Assembly (NCBI GenBank): GCA_035699805.1 | Contig: DASSPF010000041.1 | Span: 1 to 60,843, forward strand | Length of the DNA stretch: 60,843 bases | Source: Candidatus Limnocylindria bacterium | Lineage (GTDB): Bacteria; Chloroflexota; Limnocylindria; P2-11E | Reading direction: 5' to 3' | Shown: positions 37,910 through 46,817 of the stretch, one piece after another | Numbering within the stretch: position 1 is the first letter of the stretch | Layout: every line of letters starts with the position of its first letter | The notes under the pieces: model-generated | The model's input: only the letters and a program-made list of their open reading frames with translations | The model's database searches: none | What the model was told of the DNA's origin: nothing | Made by a program: the position numbers and the translations under genes

Positions 37910-39614
37910 CCCGCGGGAGCTGCTCGCGCAGGTCGAGGGCGGCTACCGCGCCACGCGCGCGGTGATCGACGCGCTCGGGCCGGAGCGCTTCGACACGCGC
38001 CTCCTGTCCGGCATGACGCTGCGCCAGATGGTGGCGCACCTTGCGGCGTGGGAGGAGACGGTGCCGCCGCGGGTGGAGCGCGTGCTGCGCGGCGAGGGCG
38101 ATGACCCGGCGTACGAGGATGTGGACGGCTTCAACGCGCGGGTCTTCGAGGAGACCAGGGATGCGACGGTGGAGCACCTGCGCGCGCGCTACGCCACCGT
38201 CCACGAGCGCGTGGTCGAGGTCCTCCGCTCATTCCTGGGCCGCGACGTCCCCGCGCTGGCGCTGGACATCGTCGAGTGGAACACCACAGGTCACTATCCC
38301 GATCACTACCGTGACCTCGGCAGCGCGATCACCGACGCGACCGAGCTCGCCGCCGTCGTGCGGCGCGGCTGGATCGACTTCCGGATCGATCTCCTGGCCC
38401 TCGGGCCGCTCATCGAGCGGCCGACGCCGATCGGCTGGACCTACATGGACCTGCTGGCCCACGTGATCGGATGGGAAGAGCTCACCGTCGCGCGCCTTGC
38501 GACGCTGCGCGAGACCGGCGAGCCGGTCGGCCCGGGCGGCACCGCCGACGAGATCAACGCCGACCTCGTGGCGCGCGCGCGGGGTCGCTCCGCGCGCGAG
38601 CTCTTCGAGGAGTTCGACGCCGCGCACGCGCGTCTGGTGGAGGAGATCGGGAAGCTCTCGCCGGAGCAGCTCCACGCGCACGACGCGTGGGCCATCGCGG
38701 TCGTCGCCGGGAACACCTACGGCCACTACGCCGAGCATCACCACGAGCTCCAGGCCGGCGTCCCGCAGACGAGCGGCGAGCTCGTGGAGCGCCTGCGCGA
38801 CGGCTGGCGCCCGTACCGCCGCGCGCTCGCGCGTGCCGGCCTCGCGCCGCTCGGCGGACCAACGGCCTCGGGGTGGACCGGCAAGGCCCTGCTCGCGCAC
38901 CAGGCCGGCTGGCTGGAGTGGTGCCGGAGCGAGGTCCCCAACCGGCTCGCCGGCACGCGCGGGCCCACACCGGTCTCGGTCGAGCACAACGCGCGCGAGG
39001 CCGCGGCGGCGGAGGGCCGCTTGGCGCACGAGGTCGTCGCGCGGCTCGATGCCGCGTACCGCGCGCTCCTGGATGCGCTCACGGCGCTGCCGGCCGACGC
39101 CGCGGCGCCGACGGACCTGGTGCGTCTGGTGGCCGCGACCGTCTACGGCCACTTCGCCGAGCATCTGCACGAGCTCGAGGCGCTCGTGCCCACCGACACC
39201 CGGGCGGTCCTCCGCCGGTTCGACCAGACCTGGTCGCGCTTCCGCGGACGGATCCGCGAGGTCGGTCGGGCCCGGCTCATGGACGCCACGCCCTCGGGCT
39301 GGTCGTACCGCGACATGTGCGCACACGCGGCGAACTGGATGCAGAACGCGGTGAGCGAGCTCGCCGGAGCGCCGCGGTCCTGGAGCCGGGAGACGATCCA
39401 GGCCGAGAACGAGCGCGCCGTCGAGGCGCACCGGCTCGTCGGGGCCGAGGCGATGCTCGACGAGCTCGACACGTCCCACGCGCGCGTGCGCGAGGCGATC
39501 GCGGCGCTCGGTGATGAGCGCCTGCGCGATCCGAGGATCTTCGGGATCGTGGCGTTCTACACATACCTGCACTGGGAGGAGCATCTGCACGAGGACCTGG
39601 GGGTGGATCTGTGA
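37881..39614 (+). CDS. Protein of four tandem DinB/DfsB-like four-helix-bundle repeats
   Basis: A roughly 142-aa repeat occurs four times. Helix-1 motifs are [48 protein letters not shown] and [17 protein letters not shown]-terminal His motifs are [30 protein letters not shown] and [10 protein letters not shown]. The gene overlaps both flanking mutase genes. Confidence 0.75.
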   Translation: MSTETRATTSPRELLAQVEGGYRATRAVIDALGPERFDTRLLSGMTLRQMVAHLAAWEETVPPRVERVLRGEGDDPAYEDVDGFNARVFEETRDATVEHLRARYATVHERVVEVLRSFLGRDVPALALDIVEWNTTGHYPDHYRDLGSAITDATELAAVVRRGWIDFRIDLLALGPLIERPTPIGWTYMDLLAHVIGWEELTVARLATLRETGEPVGPGGTADEINADLVARARGRSARELFEEFDAAHARLVEEIGKLSPEQLHAHDAWAIAVVAGNTYGHYAEHHHELQAGVPQTSGELVERLRDGWRPYRRALARAGLAPLGGPTASGWTGKALLAHQAGWLEWCRSEVPNRLAGTRGPTPVSVEHNAREAAAAEGRLAHEVVARLDAAYRALLDALTALPADAAAPTDLVRLVAATVYGHFAEHLHELEALVPTDTRAVLRRFDQTWSRFRGRIREVGRARLMDATPSGWSYRDMCAHAANWMQNAVSELAGAPRSWSRETIQAENERAVEAHRLVGAEAMLDELDTSHARVREAIAALGDERLRDPRIFGIVAFYTYLHWEEHLHEDLGVDL

Positions 39615-40033
39615 AGCGACCGATCAGGGTCGTCGTGGCGAAGGCCGGCCTGGACGGACACGATCGCGGGGCGAAGGTGGTCGCGCGCGCGCTGCGCGAC
39701 GCCGGCATGGAGGTCATCTACACCGGCGTCCACCAGACGCCAGAGCAGGTCGTCGAGACCGCGCTCCAGGAGGATGCCGACGCGATCGGCATCAGCCTCC
39801 TCTCGGGGGCGCACAACTACATCTTTCCGCGCGTCGCCGAGCTCATGAAGGCGAAGGGCATGGACGACGTGCTGCTGTTCGGCGGCGGGATCATCCCGGA
39901 GGCCGACGTCCCCGGGCTCCAGAAGGCCGGCGTGGAGCGCATCTTCCCGCCGGGCGCCTCGCTGGAAGAGATCGTGCGGTACCTGAACGAGGCGGTGGGG
40001 AAGCGCCGCGGAGCACCGGTCAGTGGCCGGTAG
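39611..40033 (+). CDS. Acyl-CoA mutase small subunit (cobalamin-binding domain)
   Basis: The DxHxxG B12-binding motif lies in [15 protein letters not shown], and SLLSGAH and GGGIIP are also present. There is a GTGA overlap with the upstream gene. Confidence 0.92.
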   Translation: MKRPIRVVVAKAGLDGHDRGAKVVARALRDAGMEVIYTGVHQTPEQVVETALQEDADAIGISLLSGAHNYIFPRVAELMKAKGMDDVLLFGGGIIPEADVPGLQKAGVERIFPPGASLEEIVRYLNEAVGKRRGAPVSGR

Positions 40034-40142
40034 CTTCGATGGCGGACCGCTGACCCGCCAGCCGGTCGCGAGCGAGGTAGGGAAGGCGCGGGAGAGCGAG
40101 ATCGCGAAGGACTACGCGAGCTCGCAGGAAAGGAGACGCGCC

Positions 40143-40541
40143 ATGGCCATCTTTGGGGGAAACAAGCAGGACACCCGCCCCGTCGACGAGGGCCTCGGGA
40201 AGCTCCGGGGAAGCGATGAGGCCACCGCCGTCGCGTTCTGGAAGAAGCGCCTCGAGCTCACCGCACAGGTGGGCAGCGAGGTCGCGCGCGTCGGCGCGCT
40301 CACGCCACAGCTCCGTGAGCTCACGCGGATGACCGACCGTGAGGAGCGCAAGCGCCTGACGCGTGCGCGGATCATCGCGTTCTCGCAGCTCAGCCAAGAG
40401 CAGCGCCAGGTGGTCGGCGAGGCCCGCCGCAAGGCCTTCGCGGTGGATCCCGGCGTCATGGAGGACGACCAGGCGATGGTGGACGAGATCCTGCCCACGC
40501 TCGATCAGAGCGTGGTCGCGGTCTATCCGCGGCGTCCATAG
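40143..40541 (+). CDS. Hypothetical protein (helical, charged)
   Basis: A 132-aa ORF. AAAGGAG lies upstream of the ATG at 40143. I recognise no family. It sits inside the operon. Confidence 0.5.
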   Translation: MAIFGGNKQDTRPVDEGLGKLRGSDEATAVAFWKKRLELTAQVGSEVARVGALTPQLRELTRMTDREERKRLTRARIIAFSQLSQEQRQVVGEARRKAFAVDPGVMEDDQAMVDEILPTLDQSVVAVYPRRP

Positions 40542-41681
40542 ATGGACCTCCGCTATCGCGACGACCAGCTCCTCGTTCGCGACACGGTCCGCGACTTCGT
40601 GCGGTCGCGGATCGTGCCGAACGCGGACGCCTGGAACGACGCGGCGGAGTTCCCGCTCGAGCTCCTCCCTGAGCTCGCGGCGCTCGGGCTGCTCGGGCTC
40701 GCGGTGCCCCCCGAGCACGGCGGCGCCGGGCTCGACATGCTCACCATCGCCATGGTGATGGAGGAGCTGGGCGCCGGCGACGGATCGATCGCGCTCACTC
40801 TCGCCGCGCACAACTCGCTGTGCATCGGTCATCTCCTCGTGGCGGCGAGCGAGGAGCAGAAGCGCCGTTGGCTCCCGCCGCTCGTCCGCGGCGAGCATCT
40901 CGGCGCGTGGGCGCTCACCGAGCCCGGCTCCGGCTCCGACGCCATCGCGGTGCAGAGCACCGCGCGGAACGTCGGTGAGGGCTACGTGCTGAACGGCACG
41001 AAGCAGTTCATCACCAACGCCTCGCTCGCCGGTCTGGTCGTGGTGAACGTCGGCAGCGGTCCGCGGAAGATGAGCGCCTTCGGCGTGGCCCGTGGCGCCG
41101 TGGGTCTCCGTCCGGGCAAGCGCGAGCGCAAGATGGGCCTGCACGCCAGCGATACCTCGCAGCTCATCCTCGAGGACTGCCGCGTCGGCGCGGCCGACCT
41201 CATCGGGACCGATGGCGGCGCGTTCGCCGACGTGAAGAAGGTCCTCGACAAGGGTCGCATCGGCATCGGTGCGCTGGCCATCGGTCTCGGCCGCGCGTCG
41301 GTGGAGACGGCCACGGCCTACGCGAAGCAGCGCACGCAGTTCGGGAAGGCGCTCGCGGAATTCCAGATGATCCAGTGGAAGCTCGCGATAAGCCGCACCG
41401 AGCTCGACGCGGCGCGCCTCTTGGTGCATCGCGCCGCGGCGCAGGCGGACGCGGGTGCGCCGTTCGGCGTCGCCGCGTCCAAGGCCAAGCTGTACGCCTC
41501 CGAGGCCGCGAGTCGCGCGGCGAACGCGAGCCTCCAGGTCCTCGGCGGGTACGGGTATCTGCGCGACCACCCGATCGAGCGGCATCTGCGCGACGCGAAG
41601 CTCATGGAGATCGGCGAAGGGACGAGCGAGGTCCAGCGACTCGTGATCGCGCGCGACCTCGTCCAGCAGGCCACCGCGTGA
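40542..41681 (+). CDS. Acyl-CoA dehydrogenase
   Basis: [21 protein letters not shown] and GEGTSEVQ. Confidence 0.9.
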   Translation: MDLRYRDDQLLVRDTVRDFVRSRIVPNADAWNDAAEFPLELLPELAALGLLGLAVPPEHGGAGLDMLTIAMVMEELGAGDGSIALTLAAHNSLCIGHLLVAASEEQKRRWLPPLVRGEHLGAWALTEPGSGSDAIAVQSTARNVGEGYVLNGTKQFITNASLAGLVVVNVGSGPRKMSAFGVARGAVGLRPGKRERKMGLHASDTSQLILEDCRVGAADLIGTDGGAFADVKKVLDKGRIGIGALAIGLGRASVETATAYAKQRTQFGKALAEFQMIQWKLAISRTELDAARLLVHRAAAQADAGAPFGVAASKAKLYASEAASRAANASLQVLGGYGYLRDHPIERHLRDAKLMEIGEGTSEVQRLVIARDLVQQATA

Positions 41682-42622
41682 CGGTCGTCGCGGCCGCCGA
41701 GCTGGTCAGTCGCGCGCGCGGCGGCGACACCCGATCCACCGCGCGGCTCCTGTCGCTGGTGGAGAACGACGAGCCCGGCGCGGCGGACGTGCTGCGCGAG
41801 CTGTACCCGCTCACCGGGAAGGCGCGCATCGTCGGCGTGACCGGACCGCCGGGCGGGGGCAAGAGCACGCTGGTGAACCGGCTCGCCGGCGCGTACCGCG
41901 AGGAGGGGACGCGCGTGGCGGTGGTCGCGGTGGATCCCTCGAGTCCGTTCACTGGCGGTGCGCTGCTCGGCGACCGCATCCGCATGACCGACCGCTTCCT
42001 CGACGAGGGCCTCTTCATCCGCAGCATGGCGAGCCGGGGACACTCCGGCGGCCTCGCGCGCACGACCTCGCGCGTGGTGAACGTGCTCGATGCCCTCGGC
42101 TACGGGGTCGTGCTGGTGGAGACGGTCGGTGTCGGCCAGGAGGAGGTCGAGGTCGTCCGCGTGGCGGACAGCGTGTGTCTGGTGACCGTCCCCGGCCTGG
42201 GTGACGACATCCAGGCGATCAAGGCCGGCGTGCTGGAGATCGCCGACGTGCTCGTGGTGAACAAGGCCGATCGGCCCGGCGCCGACGAGACGGCGCGCGA
42301 TCTCGCGCAGATGCTCACGCTCGGCAAGCTGCGCACCACTTGGAAGCCGCCCATCGTGCGGACCGTCGCGGCGACCGGCGACGGCGTGCGCGAGCTGGTC
42401 GAGGCGATCGCGCGCCATCGCGCCTGGGCGGCCGAGAGCGGCGAGCGCGAGCGGCGCCGGCGCGACGCCGCCCGCGTGGAGGTGGAGGACCTGCTGCGCG
42501 ACGCCCTGGTGAAGCGCCTGCGCGACCGGTTGGGCGAGGAGCGCGTGGAGCGGGCCATCGCACGCGTCGCCGACCGCGCGGTCGATCCGTACGCGGCCGT
42601 CGAGGAGCTCCTGCGCGGGTGA
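41678..42622 (+). CDS. meaB: Mutase-associated G-protein chaperone (MeaB/ArgK family)
   Basis: The P-loop is GVTGPPGGGKSTL. DPSSPFTGGALLGDR, ETVGVGQ and NKAD are also present. There is a GTGA overlap with the ACAD gene. Confidence 0.92.
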   Translation: MTVVAAAELVSRARGGDTRSTARLLSLVENDEPGAADVLRELYPLTGKARIVGVTGPPGGGKSTLVNRLAGAYREEGTRVAVVAVDPSSPFTGGALLGDRIRMTDRFLDEGLFIRSMASRGHSGGLARTTSRVVNVLDALGYGVVLVETVGVGQEEVEVVRVADSVCLVTVPGLGDDIQAIKAGVLEIADVLVVNKADRPGADETARDLAQMLTLGKLRTTWKPPIVRTVAATGDGVRELVEAIARHRAWAAESGERERRRRDAARVEVEDLLRDALVKRLRDRLGEERVERAIARVADRAVDPYAAVEELLRG

Positions 42623-43098
42623 GCCACAATCCCCACGCGGGCCACGCCTCGACACGACCGGCGCCCTCGGTGAACGCGCTGGCCTTCAGCGCGACGCGGC
42701 ACTGCCTCACCGGCTGCGCGATCGGCGAGATCCTCGGGGTGCTCCTCGGCGGGGCGCTCGGGGTGGGGCAGGGGGCCGCGCTGGTCTTGGGCGTCGGGCT
42801 CGCGTTCGTGTTCGGCTATGCCTTCACCTTCGTGCCGCTCATCCGTGGCGGCATGGCGCTGGGCCGCGCGACGCAGGTGACGCTCGCGGCCGACACGATC
42901 TCCATCGTGGTGATGGAGGTCGTCGACAACGCGGTCATCCTGATGGTGCCCGGTGCGATGGACGCCGGCCTCGCCCACCCGCTCTTCTGGGCGAGCCTCG
43001 TCGGCGGTCTCGGTGTCGCGTTCGCGGTGGCCCTGCCGGTGAACCGCTGGCTCATCGCGCGCGGCCGCGGCCACGCCATCGCGCACGGCGCGCATTGA
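42619..43098 (+). CDS. Small polytopic membrane protein (DUF4396-like) with CxxxC and a His-rich N-terminus
   Basis: HNPHAGHAS...RHCLTGCAIGEILG followed by about 4 TM helices. There is a GTGA overlap with meaB. Confidence 0.65.
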   Translation: MSHNPHAGHASTRPAPSVNALAFSATRHCLTGCAIGEILGVLLGGALGVGQGAALVLGVGLAFVFGYAFTFVPLIRGGMALGRATQVTLAADTISIVVMEVVDNAVILMVPGAMDAGLAHPLFWASLVGGLGVAFAVALPVNRWLIARGRGHAIAHGAH

Positions 43099-43178
43099 TG
43101 GCCGGCTGCCCCGTCCGACGACCGGACGAGCCGCCGAGCGTCCGGGCCGTGTGGTCCGCCGCCTGCTGAGGATCCGGC

Positions 43179-44072
43179 ATGAGCGATCCGCGCAACACGG
43201 TCGGACACGCCCTGGTGAAGGACGCGAAGTGGCTCGATGCCGTCGCGGACGTCTTCGGCAAGATCGTCGGCGGTTTGTACCGGTTGCCGGGGACGCGGCC
43301 GCTCAAGGACCTGCTGCACGGCACCTGGCCCCTTGGGCATCCGCTCCATCCGGCCGTCACCGACATCACCGTCGGCGCGTACACCGCGATGGTCCTGCTC
43401 GATGTCCTGACGCTCGTCGCGCGAGAGCCCGGGCTCGCCCGCGCGGCCGACGTCGTCCTCCTCCTCGGCCTCGCCACCTCGCTCGTGTCGGCGCTCTCCG
43501 GCCTCACCGACTGGAACGAGACGTATGGCGAGGAGCGCCGCAACGGGATGCTGCACGGCCTGGTCATGGTCGCCGCGACCGCGGGCTTCGTCGTCTCGCT
43601 CGCGCTGCGCGGCGGCGGGCAGCGTGAGGCGGCGGTCGTCGTGGCGATCGTCGCGTGGCTGGTGATGCTGGCGGGCGCGTACCTCGGTGGCGAGCAGGTC
43701 TTCGGCTACGGCACGCAGGTGAATCGGCACGCCTGGACGAAGCCCGCGGCGAAGTGGCAGCGCCTCGAGATCCGCGCGGCGGATCTGGAGGATCGCACGC
43801 CGGCCGTCGCGAGGACCACGCAGGGCCTTGAGCTCATGGTCGCCAAGGTGGACGGCACGATCTACGCGATCGCGAACACCTGCACGCATGCCGGCGGGCC
43901 GCTCGCGAAGGGGACCTGGACCGGAGACGACCGCTGCCTCATCAAGTGCCCGTGGCATGGCTCGCGCTTCTCGGTGAAGGACGGCCACGCCGCCGCCGGG
44001 CCGGCCACGTTCGACGCACCAGCGTTCGAGGTCCGCCTCGCGGACGGGATGGTCGAGGTGCGCGCCCGCTAG
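43179..44072 (+). CDS. Rieske [2Fe-2S] protein with an N-terminal DUF2231-type membrane domain
   Basis: The N-domain contains HGTWPLGHPLHPAVTDI plus TM helices. The C-terminal Rieske motifs are CTHAGGPL and CPWHGSRF. Confidence 0.85.
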   Translation: MSDPRNTVGHALVKDAKWLDAVADVFGKIVGGLYRLPGTRPLKDLLHGTWPLGHPLHPAVTDITVGAYTAMVLLDVLTLVAREPGLARAADVVLLLGLATSLVSALSGLTDWNETYGEERRNGMLHGLVMVAATAGFVVSLALRGGGQREAAVVVAIVAWLVMLAGAYLGGEQVFGYGTQVNRHAWTKPAAKWQRLEIRAADLEDRTPAVARTTQGLELMVAKVDGTIYAIANTCTHAGGPLAKGTWTGDDRCLIKCPWHGSRFSVKDGHAAAGPATFDAPAFEVRLADGMVEVRAR

Positions 44073-45020
44073 ATGTGGCTCGCACCGGGTCCACATGTGA
44101 AGTGGTTCGTCGACCCGACGGGCCACACCACCGATTACGCACTGCTGCTCACGCCGCCCGTCCTCGCCGCCTTCGCGCTCGCGCTCGTCGCGGTCGGCGT
44201 GGCGTACCTCATCGAGCACCGGGTCGACGAGCCGGCCGCGGTCCGCGTGCTCGAGCGATCGGCCGGCGTGGCCCCGCTCGCTCTGGGGCTGCACGTTGGT
44301 ATCGCGCTCACCGCCGCGGCGCTCCTCGGCCTGCTCTTCGTTCCGTCGCTGCGCGTCCTGCCCGACACGCCCGGTCGGGCGCTCCTGGCGATGGAGCTCG
44401 CCTGCGGCTTCGCGCTCATCCTGGGCCTGGGCACCCGGCCGGCGGCTGTCGCTCTGGCGCTCCTCGGCGTGCTCGCGATGGTCCCCTTCACCTTCGAGTC
44501 CGTCCTCGAGCAGGTCCACTTGCTCGGTGCCGCGGTGTTCCTCTTCGTCGCCGGACGCGGGGCGATCTCGCTCGACCGGCTCCTCGGCCAGCGCCGCTCG
44601 ATCGATCATCCGGAAGCGCCCCAGGCGGCGCTCTTCGTCCTCCGTGTGGCGATGGGCTTCGGGATCGCCTTCGGTGCGCTCACCGAGAAGCTCCTGGCGC
44701 CCGATCTCGCCGCGGCCCTCCTCGCCGCTCGACCCGAGCTGAACATCCTGCGGGCCCTCGGGCTGACCGACGGCCAGTTCGCGTACCTGGCCGGCACGAC
44801 GGAGCTGGTCATCGGAGCGGTGATCATCGGTGGCTGGCTCACCCGCCCGGTCATGGCGATCGGCGCCGTGCTCTTCACCGTCACGCTGCCGCTCTTCGGG
44901 TGGCTCGAGCTCCTCGGACACCTGCCGTACTACGGCGCGATGCTGACGCTCTTCATCGCGCCGAACGCGGACTCCTGGCAGGTACGGCGCCGGCTGCGCG
45001 AGGGCCGCCTCGCGTTGTGA
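44073..45020 (+). CDS. Polytopic membrane protein (DoxX-like?), function unknown
   Basis: About 8 hydrophobic helices. Its start abuts the Rieske gene stop (TAGATG). Confidence 0.6.
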   Translation: MWLAPGPHVKWFVDPTGHTTDYALLLTPPVLAAFALALVAVGVAYLIEHRVDEPAAVRVLERSAGVAPLALGLHVGIALTAAALLGLLFVPSLRVLPDTPGRALLAMELACGFALILGLGTRPAAVALALLGVLAMVPFTFESVLEQVHLLGAAVFLFVAGRGAISLDRLLGQRRSIDHPEAPQAALFVLRVAMGFGIAFGALTEKLLAPDLAAALLAARPELNILRALGLTDGQFAYLAGTTELVIGAVIIGGWLTRPVMAIGAVLFTVTLPLFGWLELLGHLPYYGAMLTLFIAPNADSWQVRRRLREGRLAL

Positions 45021-45040
45021 CGGTCCGCGCGGCGGACCGT
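45020..45040. terminator. Hairpin between convergent genes
   Basis: A 9-bp stem ACGGTCCGC / GCGGACCGT with a 3-nt loop that fills the 22-nt intergenic gap. There is no U-tract. Confidence 0.4.
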
Positions 45041-45042
45041 GG

Positions 45043-45852
45043 CTAACGCCGTCGGGCGCGTGGGTCCCACGCGCGATAGAGGCCGTCGGCGAGCAGGTTC
45101 GCGCCCAGCACGGTCGCGGCGAGGGCCACTCCCGGGAAGACCGACATCCACCAGGCCAGACGCAGGAAGGGCTGCGCGTCGTTCAGCATCCGGCCCCAGC
45201 TCACCACGCTGCGGTCGCCCACGCCGAGGAACGCGAGGCCGGCCTCCACGAGGATGGCGGCGCCGACCTGGAGGGCCGCGCTGGTGACCGCGATCGCGAC
45301 GGCGTTCGGCAGCAGGTGTGCGCGGATGATGCGCAGGTCCGAGCAGCCGAGCGCGCGCGCCGCGAGCACGAACTCGCGCTCGCGCAGCGACAGGACCTGC
45401 GAACGGAGCAGGCGCGCGGTCTGCGGCCAGAACGTGAGGCCGAGGAGGAACGTGAGCGCGAGGAAGCTCGGACCGAAGAGCGCGGCGACGAGCACCGCGA
45501 GGAAGAAGCGCGGCACCGTCTGGACCAGCTCGGTCAGGCGCATCAGCAGGTCGTCGACCAGGCCGCCGCGGTAGCCGGCCACCAGGCCGACGGCCACCCC
45601 CACGAGCGCCGAGGTCAGCGCGGCGACCATCCCGACGATGAGCGACACCCGGCCGCCGTGGAGGACGCCCGAGAGGACATCGCGGCCGAGGTCGTCGGTC
45701 CCGAAGGGATGCGCCGGCGATGGCGGCTGCAGCGCGCGCGCGTCGGTGGCGCCCGGCGCGGTCGGGATGAGCCACGCCCCAGCGGTCGCGAGCAGCGCGA
45801 TGGCCGCGAGCAGCCCGAGGCCCGCGAGGAGAGGGAACGACGCGCCCTTCAC
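45043..45852 (-). CDS. Peptide/nickel ABC transporter permease (DppC/OppC-like)
   Basis: HPFGTDDLGRDVLS and the EAA-type loop AARALGCSD. The GTG at 45852 overlaps the stop of the upstream permease gene. Confidence 0.88.
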   Translation of the reverse strand: MKGASFPLLAGLGLLAAIALLATAGAWLIPTAPGATDARALQPPSPAHPFGTDDLGRDVLSGVLHGGRVSLIVGMVAALTSALVGVAVGLVAGYRGGLVDDLLMRLTELVQTVPRFFLAVLVAALFGPSFLALTFLLGLTFWPQTARLLRSQVLSLREREFVLAARALGCSDLRIIRAHLLPNAVAIAVTSAALQVGAAILVEAGLAFLGVGDRSVVSWGRMLNDAQPFLRLAWWMSVFPGVALAATVLGANLLADGLYRAWDPRARRR

Positions 45853-46775
45853 CGCAGGCGCACCCGCGGGTCCAGACGCGCGTAGGTGAGGTCGGTGACG
45901 AGGTTCGCGACGACGACCGAGACCGCGGCCATGAGGAAGATCGCCAGGAGCAGCGGGTAGTCGCGCGCGAGGGTCGCGTCGTACAGGAGGCGCCCCACGC
46001 CGGGCCAGGCGAAGATGATCTCGGTCAGCACCGCGCCGGTGAGCAGGGTGCCGATGTGGCCTCCGACCACGGTCACCACCGGAAGGAGCACGTTCGGCAG
46101 CGCGTGGCGGCTCACGATGCGCGCGGCGGCGAGGCCCTTCGCGGCGGCGGTGCGCGCGTAGTCCTCGTGCATGGCGTCGCGCAGGCCGCTCCGCGCGAGA
46201 CGCGCGACGAGCGCCAGCTGCAGGAGGCCGAGGGTGACCGCCGGGAGCACGAGGTGGTGCGCGATGTCCGCGGCGTGGCCCAGGCCGTCGGGCGGTGTGC
46301 GCACGCTGGCCATGCCCTGCACCGGGAACCAGCCGAGCGTCACGGCGAAGGCGAGGACGAGCATCTGTCCGAGCCAGAACGCCGGGAGCGCACCGCCGAG
46401 GAGCGTGAGGATCGTCACCGCGTGATCGGCGGGCCGGTCGGCGTGCCGCGCACCGACGAGCGCCGCCGCGATGCCACCGGCGGTCGACAGGACCAGGGCG
46501 GTGACCATGAGGAGCAGCGTGGCCGGGATGCGATCGGCGACGACCTCGAGGGCAGACTGGCGGTGCGCGTAGGAGAAGCCGAGGTCTCCGCGCGCGAGGT
46601 TGCCGAGATACACCACGAACTGCTCCAGGAGCGGCCGGTCCAGGCCGAACTTGCGGCGCATCTCGGCGTAATACCGCGCGTCGCCCGACTCGCCGGCGAA
46701 GATCGTCACCGGGTCGCCCGGCGCAAGATGCACCAGAAGGAACGCGATCACCAGGATCGCGAACACCACCGGCAC
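45849..46775 (-). CDS. Peptide/nickel ABC transporter permease (DppB/OppB-like)
   Basis: HLAPGDPV and YARTAAAKGL motifs. The family-typical N-terminus (L)SRYVVRRLLQA lies upstream of the GTG at 46775 and is only reachable from the CTG at 46811. Confidence 0.85.
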   Translation of the reverse strand: MPVVFAILVIAFLLVHLAPGDPVTIFAGESGDARYYAEMRRKFGLDRPLLEQFVVYLGNLARGDLGFSYAHRQSALEVVADRIPATLLLMVTALVLSTAGGIAAALVGARHADRPADHAVTILTLLGGALPAFWLGQMLVLAFAVTLGWFPVQGMASVRTPPDGLGHAADIAHHLVLPAVTLGLLQLALVARLARSGLRDAMHEDYARTAAAKGLAAARIVSRHALPNVLLPVVTVVGGHIGTLLTGAVLTEIIFAWPGVGRLLYDATLARDYPLLLAIFLMAAVSVVVANLVTDLTYARLDPRVRLR

Positions 46776-46817
46776 CGCCTGGAGCAGTCGCCGGACGACG
46801 TAGCGGCTCAGGGTGTT

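Noticed and set aside
42816-44921. A 701-aa minus-strand ORF, and likewise the 614-aa minus-strand ORF at 58921..60765.
   Set aside because: They are antisense to the Rieske and membrane genes and to the carboxyltransferase, respectively. Both are composition artefacts.
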